A stretch of DNA of 36,485 nucleotides from Methylocella sp. (lineage in GTDB: Bacteria; Pseudomonadota; Alphaproteobacteria; Rhizobiales; Beijerinckiaceae): positions 1-36,485 of the forward strand of contig JBOHJU010000001.1 in the NCBI GenBank assembly GCA_050728755.1, in the 5' to 3' direction. A model generated the notes under the pieces. It saw only the letters and a program-made list of their open reading frames with translations. It made no database searches and had not been told where the DNA came from. Shown here piece by piece: positions 9,286 through 19,432 of the stretch (within the stretch, counting starts at the first letter, position 1; each line of letters begins with the position of its first letter). A program made the position numbers and the translations under genes.

Positions 9286-11460
9286 ATGGCATTCAAGGTT
9301 CAGGTCGGTCCACCTCAGATCTCGATCCACCAGGGCCAGACCGTCCTGGTCAGTCAGCCAGATGGACAGATAACTTGGCCAAGTGAAAGAGGGCTCTACT
9401 TCCTCGATACGCGGGTCGTCAGCAGCTGGGCCGTCTATGCCGATGGAGAACCTTGGGAGCTGCTGAACGGCGGGCCCATCACATATTACGCGGCGCGCAG
9501 CTACCTTACGAACCGTTCCATCACGATGACGGACGGCATCATTCCGCCGCGCACGCTCGGCCTTACCATCCACCGTTGGATTTTTGGCGGGATGCATGAA
9601 GATCTGGACATCACCAATTACAGCACGAAGCCGGTAAAATTCCAGCTCGAGATCGTCCTCCGCTGCGACTTCGCAGATATCTTCGAGGTGAAATCAGGCA
9701 AAATCATACGCCGGGGGCGGATCACTACCGAATGGTCGCAGGCACGACAGCAGCTTTGCACGACCTATTGCAACGGCGATTTCAGCAGGGCGGTTACAAT
9801 TTCCGCGCAGCGATTTCCCAAAGAGGCCGTCTATGCAAACGGCCGTCTTAGCTTCGAGGTTGCGCTCAACCCCGGAGAAGCTTGGCATACATGCCTTCTC
9901 TACACCTTGACGGATAACAACAAACATTCGGCTTCGCCGCACAACTGCATTGAACACCATCCAGCCTCCCGCCACGCCGAAACCATCGCCGATTGGCTGC
10001 AGACCGTGGCAAAAATTGAGACCAGCAATGAAGAGTTCTATCGTCTATTTCGCTGCGCCCTTGAGGACATGGCGGCGCTCCGCCTGCTGGAGGGCACGGA
10101 TAGCAAAGTCTTCATGCCTGCCGCGGGAATTCCCTGGTTCGTTGCGCCATTCGGGCGCGATAGCTTGATCGTATCGCTCCAGAACATCTTGATCTATCCG
10201 GAATTCGCGCGTGGCTCGTTGGACATGCTTGGCTCTCTCCAAGCGAAGGAAATCGATCCTTATCGAGACGCCGAGCCAGGCAAGATTTTCCACGAATTGC
10301 GCTACGGCGAGCTGGCGCATTTCAAACTGATCCCACACACGCCCTATTATGGCACCGCTGACGCCACCCCGCTTTATTTGATCACCTTGCACGCGGCTTG
10401 GCGCGCGACTGGCGACCAGACTTTGTTGGAACGGCATTTAGAGACCGTGGAAGGCTGCTTATCTTGGATCGATAATTATGGAGACCGCGATGGCGATGGC
10501 TTCCAGGAATACCAGACGCGATCTCCGGCCGGTTACGAGAACATGGCTTGGAAGGATTCCGGCGACGCCGTGGTCTATCCGGACGGCTCGCTGGTGAAGG
10601 GACCGAAGGCGCTATGCGAGCTTCAAGGCTATGTTTACAGCGCTTGGATCCGCATCGCCGAGGTGTTTGACGCGCTCGGCAAATGCGACCGCGCGCGGGA
10701 ATTGCGGGCAAAGGCAGCCGCCTTGTTTGAGCGGTTCAACACGGCATTTTGGGATGACGAGCTCGGTTATTATGCTTATGCGCTCGATGGCGACAAGAAG
10801 AAAGTCCTGACCGTCGCCTCGAATGCCGGCCATTGCCTTTGGTGTGGCATCGTCCCTCGCGAGAGGGCGAAGATTGTTGTGGAACGCCTAATGGCGCCGG
10901 ACATGTGGACAGGATGGGGCATCCGCACGCTCTCATCCGATAATCCGGCATTCAATCCATACAATTATCAGACTGGAACGGTGTGGCCGCACGACAATGG
11001 AATCATCGCAATGGGGTTCAAGCTCTATGGCTTCGGCGCGGAGGCAGGGCGGATTGCGCACGACATCAGTAGGGGAGGGAGTCATTTCTTGCAGTACCAA
11101 TTGCCGGAACTCTACACTGCCTTTCAACGCGATGACACGACTTTTCCGGTGCAATATATCGGCGCGAATGTCCCGCAAGCGTGGGCGGCCGGATCGGTCT
11201 TCATGCTGACGCAGGCCATGCTGGGGTTCCTGCCCGATGCGCCACGGAACAAACTCTATGTCGATCCGTTGCTCCCGAACTGGTTGCCGGACATAACGAT
11301 TCGCGATCTTCGCCTAGGCCAGCACAAATTCGATATCCGTTTTTGGCGCGAGGGTGCGCAAACCCTGTTCGAAGTTCTCAGCGGCAACGCAAAGCTGGTG
11401 GAACGGTGTGAGATGGGATCGAAGGCTGCACAGCTAAAGGGCCGTTTCGAGCCGATCTAG
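9286..11460 (+). CDS. Amylo-alpha-1,6-glucosidase / glycogen-debranching family protein
   Basis: AAGIPWFVAPFGRDS, EPGKIFHELR, YYGTADATPL, WKDSGD, YQTGTVWPHDN, LPELY and PQAWAAG motifs; GGAG RBS. Confidence 0.88.
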   Translation: MAFKVQVGPPQISIHQGQTVLVSQPDGQITWPSERGLYFLDTRVVSSWAVYADGEPWELLNGGPITYYAARSYLTNRSITMTDGIIPPRTLGLTIHRWIFGGMHEDLDITNYSTKPVKFQLEIVLRCDFADIFEVKSGKIIRRGRITTEWSQARQQLCTTYCNGDFSRAVTISAQRFPKEAVYANGRLSFEVALNPGEAWHTCLLYTLTDNNKHSASPHNCIEHHPASRHAETIADWLQTVAKIETSNEEFYRLFRCALEDMAALRLLEGTDSKVFMPAAGIPWFVAPFGRDSLIVSLQNILIYPEFARGSLDMLGSLQAKEIDPYRDAEPGKIFHELRYGELAHFKLIPHTPYYGTADATPLYLITLHAAWRATGDQTLLERHLETVEGCLSWIDNYGDRDGDGFQEYQTRSPAGYENMAWKDSGDAVVYPDGSLVKGPKALCELQGYVYSAWIRIAEVFDALGKCDRARELRAKAAALFERFNTAFWDDELGYYAYALDGDKKKVLTVASNAGHCLWCGIVPRERAKIVVERLMAPDMWTGWGIRTLSSDNPAFNPYNYQTGTVWPHDNGIIAMGFKLYGFGAEAGRIAHDISRGGSHFLQYQLPELYTAFQRDDTTFPVQYIGANVPQAWAAGSVFMLTQAMLGFLPDAPRNKLYVDPLLPNWLPDITIRDLRLGQHKFDIRFWREGAQTLFEVLSGNAKLVERCEMGSKAAQLKGRFEPI

Positions 11461-11593
11461 TTCACGGCCGAAGAGTCTTTGGCGGCATGACAAAAAACGA
11501 CAACGAGCAGACGGAATTCCAGCTTAGCTGCCGCCAAAAATGGTCCCGCTTCGCGGGTTCTCCTCGCTCACGTTAAGGCGCACGCGTGTAAAA

Positions 11594-12793
11594 ATGTCCT
11601 CATTTCTCCCGGCCGGACCGGCCGAGGTGGCGGAATGTGTCACCGAGGCGGCGGCAAAGCGCACGCCGCTTTCGGTCACGGGTCTCGGATCGAAGGCGGC
11701 GCTTGGCAGGCCGGGGAAAAACGCGGGCTACCTCGATCTCTCCCGCCTCAACGGCGTCACCTTTTATGAGCCCGAGGAATTGGTTATCTCGGCGCTTGCC
11801 GGAACATCTATCGAGACCATCGAGACGATGCTCGCCAAAAACGCGCAAGAGCTTGCCTTCGAGCCGATGTTCTTCGCGGCGCTTTATGGCACCGGGAGTG
11901 GAACGCTCGGCGGCTCAATCATGGCCAATCTCTCCGGTCCGCGCCGGATCAAGGCGGGAGCGGCGCGGGATTTTGTCTTAGGGATCAAGGCGGTTTCCGG
12001 CCGCGGCGAGGCCTTTAAGGCCGGCGGCCGGGTCGTGAAAAACGTCACCGGCTATGATCTGTCGCGTGGCCTCGCCGGATCTTTTGGAACCCTGGCGGTA
12101 GCGACCGAGGTGACCTTAAAGGTGCTTCCGCGCGGGGAAACCACGGCGACATTGATACTTGCCGGCCTCGATCCGGCGCCAGCCGTACAGGCGCTTTGCG
12201 CCGCGATGGGCGCGCCGGCCGATGTTTCCGGCGCCGCGCATTTGCCGCCTTGCGCGGCAAAGACACAAGGATACTCGACCTCGATCACGGCGTTGCGCCT
12301 CGAAGGTTTCGCGCCCTCCGTCGCCGGGCGTCTCGACCGGCTCGAAGCGATGCTGAAAGATTTTGCGCCATTGGCAAGGCTCGACGCGCCTGCTTCCCAA
12401 AAACTCTGGCGCGCGGTGCGCGACGTCGAGCCGCTCTCTTATCCGCGCGAAAAACTCATCTGGAAAATTTCCGTGGCGCCAACCGCCGGACCAAAGGTCG
12501 CCGAGACGGTTGCCCGCTCGCATGACACCAAAACCTTGTTCGATTGGTCGGGAGGATTGGTCTGGATCGCGCTCGATCCTTGCCCCGACGCGGCGGCAGG
12601 CATAATTCGTCAAGCGGTTGCGGAACATGGCGGCGGCCATGCCACATTAATCCGCGCCCCCGCCGAAACTCGCGCGACAATCCCGGTCTTCGAGCCGCAG
12701 CCGGAAGCGCTCGCCCTATTGTCGCGGCGGCTGAAGGCGGCGTTCGACCCATATGCTATTTTGGAGCCGCGCCGCATGTGGGCGGAATTTTGA
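11594..12793 (+). CDS. glcE: Glycolate oxidase FAD-binding subunit
   Basis: YEPEELV, GPRRIKAGAARDFVLG, GGRVVKNVTGYDL, DWSGGLVW, GGHATL and AFDP motifs. Start placed at ATG 11594. Confidence 0.92.
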   Translation: MSSFLPAGPAEVAECVTEAAAKRTPLSVTGLGSKAALGRPGKNAGYLDLSRLNGVTFYEPEELVISALAGTSIETIETMLAKNAQELAFEPMFFAALYGTGSGTLGGSIMANLSGPRRIKAGAARDFVLGIKAVSGRGEAFKAGGRVVKNVTGYDLSRGLAGSFGTLAVATEVTLKVLPRGETTATLILAGLDPAPAVQALCAAMGAPADVSGAAHLPPCAAKTQGYSTSITALRLEGFAPSVAGRLDRLEAMLKDFAPLARLDAPASQKLWRAVRDVEPLSYPREKLIWKISVAPTAGPKVAETVARSHDTKTLFDWSGGLVWIALDPCPDAAAGIIRQAVAEHGGGHATLIRAPAETRATIPVFEPQPEALALLSRRLKAAFDPYAILEPRRMWAEF

Positions 12794-12794
12794 G

Positions 12795-14108
12795 ATGCAG
12801 ACGAATTTTACCCCCGCGCAGCGCAAAAATCCGGCGACGGCGGAGGCGGAGAAAATTCTCCGCACCTGCGTCCATTGCGGCTTCTGCAACGCGACCTGCC
12901 CGACCTTCGTGCTGCTTGGCGACGAACTCGATTCTCCGCGCGGCAGAATTTATCTCATCAAGGACATGCTCGAAAAAAACCGGGCCGCCGATGCGCTGAC
13001 GGTGAAACACATCGACCGCTGTCTTTCCTGTCTCGCCTGCATGACGGCCTGCCCTTCCGGCGTCAACTATATGCATCTTGTCGATGGGGCGAGAAGCCAC
13101 ATCGAAAAGACGTTTCGAAGGCCGCTCGCAGACCTTTTGTTCCGGGCTTTTCTCGGCGCCGTTCTGCCTTATCCAAACCGTTTCCGATTTGCGCTTGCTG
13201 CCGCGCCCTTGGCCAGACCCTTCAGTTCTCTCTATCCGCGTTTTGGCCGGACCGGGCGGCGCCTTGCCGCGATGTTGCACCTCGCGCCGGACCATATCCG
13301 GCAAGCCGCCGGTCCACGCTCGGGCGCGATCGTCTCCGCCGGACCGCGCATTGCCCGTGTTGCCCTTGCTTGCGGCTGCGTCCAGCAGGTATTGCGGCCC
13401 AGCATCAACGACTCGGCGATCCGCTTGCTAACCAGGTTCGGAATTGAAGTCGTGCTTGCCAAAGGCGAAGGCTGCTGCGGCGCGCTCCTCCACCATTTGG
13501 GCAAGGAAGCGGGCGCCCTTGCCCACGCGCGGGCCAACATCGATGTCTGGAGCAAGGAAATCGAAGGGCATGGACTCGATGCGATTTTGATCACGGCGTC
13601 GGGCTGTGGCACCATGGTCAAGGATTATGGATTTTTGCTGCGCGGCGATCCGGCTTATGCGGCAAAGGCCGCGCGGGTTTCCGCGCTGGCCAAGGATGTG
13701 ACGGAATTTTTGGACACGCTCGATCTGCCCGAACCGGCGCAACCTTGCGGCCTAACTGTCGCCTATCATTCTGCCTGCTCGATGCAGCATGGCCAAAGGA
13801 TCGACGCCTTGCCACGGCAGCTCTTGGGGCAAGCAGGCTTTAAGGTGCGCGACATTCCCGAAGGGCATTTGTGCTGCGGTTCGGCGGGCACCTATAATAT
13901 TTTGGAGCCGGAGATTGCGGCGCGGCTGCGCGAGCGCAAGATTGCCAACATCATGCAAATTGCGCCCGACGTTATCGCCACGGGCAACATCGGCTGCATC
14001 GCTCAGATCGAAAGCGGCACATCGATCCCGGTGCTCCATACGATCGAACTTCTCGACTTCGCCCATGGCGGGCCAACGCCGGATGGCCTCGCGCGCCTTG
14101 CGGGGTGA
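12795..14108 (+). CDS. glcF: Glycolate oxidase iron-sulfur subunit
   Basis: MQTNF start, CVHCGFCNATCP, DSPRGRI, CLSCLACMTACPSGV, two CCG domains, GNIGC. Confidence 0.94.
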   Translation: MQTNFTPAQRKNPATAEAEKILRTCVHCGFCNATCPTFVLLGDELDSPRGRIYLIKDMLEKNRAADALTVKHIDRCLSCLACMTACPSGVNYMHLVDGARSHIEKTFRRPLADLLFRAFLGAVLPYPNRFRFALAAAPLARPFSSLYPRFGRTGRRLAAMLHLAPDHIRQAAGPRSGAIVSAGPRIARVALACGCVQQVLRPSINDSAIRLLTRFGIEVVLAKGEGCCGALLHHLGKEAGALAHARANIDVWSKEIEGHGLDAILITASGCGTMVKDYGFLLRGDPAYAAKAARVSALAKDVTEFLDTLDLPEPAQPCGLTVAYHSACSMQHGQRIDALPRQLLGQAGFKVRDIPEGHLCCGSAGTYNILEPEIAARLRERKIANIMQIAPDVIATGNIGCIAQIESGTSIPVLHTIELLDFAHGGPTPDGLARLAG

Positions 14109-14281
14109 ACTAGCCCCCCAAAACGGCCCAAGCAAATGCGAACGGCAGCCTGACGAGGGACTTGCGTGACGTTCGAGACGAGCCTATATGGGGCGCGTCT
14201 GGAACCCGTGTTGCCACGTCGGCCCCACGGCATTCCCGACGCAACCTCTTTACGGCAGACGCCGAACAGGAGTTTATCACA

Positions 14282-15631
14282 ATGTCTACACACGCCATCA
14301 TCACGTCGTCGCTCAGGCCCTACCGGTTCCGGAGCAACCGGGCCTTCAAAGCAGTTGACGACGGAATCCACAAAAAATGGGTTGTCGTGGTCGCCGCGGA
14401 GGACCTGCCGCGGGACTTGCCACTTGACGCGAACGCCCGCGTTCCGAACGTGATCAAGAATCCCACGTGCGTTGAAATGCGGGAGACCCTGCTAACTCGT
14501 CCCGATATGTTTCAGATTCTCAACGGCGGCGTGGTCTGCACCGCGACCGCGGTGAATGTTACGCAGGAGGGAAACGAACAGTGGGTCGAGGTCGCCTTCG
14601 ATCAGGACCAACTGCAAGGCGTCGTCAACGGCGGCCATACGTACGGGACTTTGCTGCACGTCGTTCACGATCACCCCATCTATGCCGAAGGCATGACGCT
14701 GAAGGCGGTGCTGAGCAAGAAGGACAAGGCGGCCGACAACCCCAAGCTGGCTCCGCTACTGGAGGATGACCAGAAACTGGCCAACAGCATCGCCATCGCC
14801 CGCAAGCGCGCCATGGTGCAGTTGGAGTTGGTCGCCCCCGTTTCAGACCCCGAACTCTTGCACGACATTGCCCGCGCCCGCAACCTGTCGCAGAGCGTCG
14901 ATCAGACGGCATTGCAAAATCTTGCCGGGAAATACGACCTAATGAAGCAGGTGCTGGGAAAAGCGCCGGCACCCTTCGGTCATTCTTTTGTGGAGAGGGT
15001 CGTGTGGAAGACGAACCAGGAAGTGCCTGAGGGCAGCACAGAGGTGCCGGTCAAGACACTCATTCACCTGCTGGCCCTAATGAACATCCGGCTCTACAAG
15101 CCCAACGTGAAGGTGGCGAACGAGGTCTATGTCCGCTCTGGCGTTGTCATCCGTGAGTTCGGCGAGGCCGAGGGGGAGGACAGCACCTTCTACGACAAGC
15201 TCGCACACCTGCTCCCGGACTTCATCAAGCTGTACGATCACATCTACACAACGCTGCCGGAGACCCAACCGTCATTCCCCTGGGCAGACGGCAAGCCGGC
15301 GACCGACCGCAAGCGGCGTAAGACGGTGTTGATCACGCCCCTGCTCGCGCGGACGTGCAGCTCGAAAGTCTCAGGCGCTTTCATATGGCCAGTGTTCTCG
15401 GCCTTCCGGCTGCTGCTGGAGGAAGATGGCAACGGCCAGCTGCGCTTCAAGACAGATCCAATGACTCTGTTCCAGGAGAAGAAGGCTGAGCTGTCGGCCA
15501 CGATCCAGAACACGTTTGAGAATCAAGGCCGGGTCGTGCAGCAGGTGGGTAAGGCGCCAGACGCTTGGATTCGGCTGGAGGGCCAAATCCAGTTGGAAAT
15601 GTCTATCCGCGAACGAATCAAGGCGGCCTGA
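14282..15631 (+). CDS. AIPR-family-like protein (ParB/Srx-fold core), standalone
   Basis: 449 aa from ATG 14282 (AGGAG RBS). Motifs in order: DANAR, PDMFQILNGGVV, GVVNGGHT, IARARNLSQSV. These correspond to the AIPR pattern N-x-R / F-x3-NNG / NGGQT / N-x-Q. Confidence 0.72.
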   Translation: MSTHAIITSSLRPYRFRSNRAFKAVDDGIHKKWVVVVAAEDLPRDLPLDANARVPNVIKNPTCVEMRETLLTRPDMFQILNGGVVCTATAVNVTQEGNEQWVEVAFDQDQLQGVVNGGHTYGTLLHVVHDHPIYAEGMTLKAVLSKKDKAADNPKLAPLLEDDQKLANSIAIARKRAMVQLELVAPVSDPELLHDIARARNLSQSVDQTALQNLAGKYDLMKQVLGKAPAPFGHSFVERVVWKTNQEVPEGSTEVPVKTLIHLLALMNIRLYKPNVKVANEVYVRSGVVIREFGEAEGEDSTFYDKLAHLLPDFIKLYDHIYTTLPETQPSFPWADGKPATDRKRRKTVLITPLLARTCSSKVSGAFIWPVFSAFRLLLEEDGNGQLRFKTDPMTLFQEKKAELSATIQNTFENQGRVVQQVGKAPDAWIRLEGQIQLEMSIRERIKAA

Positions 15632-15648
15632 TATTGTGGTGATCCTCG

Positions 15649-15676
15649 GCCCGCCAGCACGACAATGCTGGCGGGC
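15649..15676 (+). terminator. Strong hairpin just after the AIPR-like gene
   Basis: GCCCGCCAGCA-cgacaa-TGCTGGCGGGC is an 11-bp perfect stem. There is no U-tract, so it is a possible terminator or a stabiliser. Confidence 0.45.
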
Positions 15677-15872
15677 GGCGGAGTGCCGGGAGGGTCGGCT
15701 TCAAGCGCAAGTTTCATAAACCGCTTCCTGCGGTCGGGCCGCGCCGGAAACACAGGTTCGATCAAGCGGATCACCGTTTGAACCGCGCGGGAGCGACGCC
15801 CCGGGTTTGAAGGGCTTCAAATTCCGTCAGTTCGAAACCCACGAGTTCGCTCGCGCGGACTAGCTTGCGTAC

Positions 15873-15909
15873 CAATGGCGCAGGTCCGCTGGGCGAGCCT
15901 GCGCCATTG
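15873..15909. other. 12-bp perfect inverted repeat upstream of prfC
   Basis: CAATGGCGCAGG-N13-CCTGCGCCATTG. Confidence 0.6.
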
Positions 15910-15963
15910 CGATGATATCCAGGCGATTGACATCAAGGCCTCTCCTTGCAACGAAGCACCGGC

Positions 15964-17529
<1,566 letters not shown>

Positions 17530-17680
17530 CGCGATCTCGTCCCCCCGTTGTCAAGCACGGGCCCGAGTTGCTTGCTGATTCCGTGATTGGCAAGGGCAGC
17601 GAAATTGCGAATTGACCGCCGCTGCGGCGCCGCCCATTAACCTACGGCGGATTGACCCATGCGGCGCGGATAAGATTATC

Positions 17681-17815
17681 CTACTTCGTTTCTTTTTTTT
17701 TCGGATCTGCGAGGACCCACCGCCCATAAAAAAACATAACAGTCACAAAGATCACGGCGCAAATGCCGCCAAGAGGCGTCCCAACCCAACTCGCAATGTC
17801 TAGAAGCTCGCCCAT
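17681..17815 (-). CDS. Small single-pass membrane protein (44 aa), not in the ORF track
   Basis: Hand translation MGELLDIASWVGTPLGGICAVIFVTVMFFYGRWVLADPKKKETK*. GGAG lies 8 nt before the ATG. One hydrophobic helix followed by a basic tail. Confidence 0.6.
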   Translation of the reverse strand: MGELLDIASWVGTPLGGICAVIFVTVMFFYGRWVLADPKKKETK

Positions 17816-18049
17816 ACGTTTCACTCCATTTTTCGTTGATTAGCCGCCGGAATTGATTTTGACAATATGGTGTAAGTGCGACACATGCGCAAGGGAAATG
17901 TACGGGCATCATCAAGCTTTGCTGAAAACCTCAGACGCAGCACACGAGCGATGTCGCCCCGAATCGTTAAGTGCGCCCCGGTCTACCGCTTATGACAGCT
18001 GCGCCATAATACCGCGAATTTGCCAAGATTGGACGCCGCGCAGGGGCCC

Positions 18050-18814
18050 ATGAACCCCGGAATCGACACCGGACGTCAAACTGGGGAGCCGCGGTCGCAG
18101 CGGCCCGAACCTGGCGCTGCAACGCCGCAACAAACCCAGGCGAATTCCATCGGCTTACATGGCCGGCGCCGAGGCAGGAAGCTTAGCGCTCATTATGCCG
18201 CTCTTTTGAGGGCGGTTTTGCCGTGTTTCAGCTTCGATGTATCGCGGCCCATCCAAGATCCAGCCGGCCTCTTTCCCGATAGGCCCGCGGCACTTTGGCT
18301 CGAAATTGGCTTCGGCGGCGGCGAGCACCTCGCCGCTCAGGCGCACGCGCATCCTGATTTTGGCTACATCGGTTGCGAGGCGTTTTTGAACGGCATCGCC
18401 AAGGCCTTGGCGCTCATCGAAGCGGGTCAGTTGCGCAATGTGCGCCTTTACAATGGCGACGCCCGAGCGGTGATCGCAGCGCTGCCAGGCCAGGCTTTGG
18501 ACGGAGTCTTTCTGCTTTATCCGGACCCGTGGCCAAAGCGGCGCCACCACAGGCGCCGGTTCCTGTCAGGCGACATGCTGGCCCGGCTCGCGCGGGTCAT
18601 GCGTCCGGGCGCGGAGCTTCGCTTTGCAACCGATATCGACGGCAACACGGGCTGGAGCTTGGCGCGCGTCTTGCACGCGCCCGATTTTGCCTGGGCTCCG
18701 GCGGGGCCCTGGGATTGGCAACGGCCCTGGGACGGCTGGACCGGCACGAGATACGAAGACAAAGCGCTTCGCGGCGGGCGAAGGCCTGCCTATCTTACAT
18801 TCCGCCGCAAATAA
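18050..18814 (+). CDS. trmB: tRNA (guanine-N7)-methyltransferase
   Basis: LEIGFGGGEHL, IGCE, YPDPWPKRRH, FATD and TRYE motifs. Start uncertain. Confidence 0.92.
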   Translation: MNPGIDTGRQTGEPRSQRPEPGAATPQQTQANSIGLHGRRRGRKLSAHYAALLRAVLPCFSFDVSRPIQDPAGLFPDRPAALWLEIGFGGGEHLAAQAHAHPDFGYIGCEAFLNGIAKALALIEAGQLRNVRLYNGDARAVIAALPGQALDGVFLLYPDPWPKRRHHRRRFLSGDMLARLARVMRPGAELRFATDIDGNTGWSLARVLHAPDFAWAPAGPWDWQRPWDGWTGTRYEDKALRGGRRPAYLTFRRK

Positions 18815-19018
18815 CGATCGTTCGCTCAAATCGAATCGGATTACGATCCGAAATGTTTACTTTGTGCGGTTACTCTCTCAGTAGAGCAGAAAGTAGTTCT
18901 GTATACCTGAGCTTAGCCAAGAGAAGTAACGCTTACGGCACTGCTTGCGGCGTGTTTTCCGAGTCAGCAATTAGTAATTGTCGCGGCATAGCTAGACGCG
19001 TCACCGAGGAGACGTTGC

Positions 19019-19297
19019 GTGGCCATCATGCTAATCTGGAGCGTCCTTCTGGGCGCGGTTCTCGGGCGGTTTTTCAAGGTTGTGGTTCTCGTCCCGGCGT
19101 GCGCGCTCCTCCTCGCCGCGGTTCTCGTCAGATCGGCTAATGTCGAGCACGGCCTGGTGCGCGCGCTACTCGAATTCGCCGCGCTAAGCGCATCTCTCCA
19201 AATCGGCTACGTTTCCGGCCTGCTTTCCTTTAGCATTCCCGGCGTGTCGCAACGCCGCGGAAAACCCGCCCCCGTGCGCCCTCTGCTACGCCAATAG
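19019..19297 (+). CDS. Small hydrophobic hypothetical membrane protein
   Basis: 92 aa with about 3 hydrophobic segments (LGAVLGRFFKVVVLVP...LQIGY); GAGGAG RBS before the GTG. Confidence 0.7.
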   Translation: MAIMLIWSVLLGAVLGRFFKVVVLVPACALLLAAVLVRSANVEHGLVRALLEFAALSASLQIGYVSGLLSFSIPGVSQRRGKPAPVRPLLRQ

Positions 19298-19374
19298 CAA
19301 CGTCACGGCACCGGTTACGTCGCGCGAGGGGCCACCCGCCAGAGGCGCATAATTTTATTGCTTTTGTTTGATTT

Positions 19375-19388
19375 TTGACGAATATCAA
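19375..19388. promoter_or_regulatory. FNR/FixK-box-like palindrome
   Basis: TTGAC-gaat-ATCAA versus consensus TTGAT-N4-ATCAA, in an AT-rich gap upstream of the GT2 gene. Confidence 0.35.
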
Positions 19389-19432
19389 TAGATAAATGCA
19401 TCCAGATTTGCTAAACGCCCGTTTATCGCTTT

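Noticed and set aside
14109..15864. AIPR region as a defined transposon with an ACTAGC target duplication
   Set aside because: The match is only 6 bp, with no terminal inverted repeats and no transposase. Kept only as a weak hint.
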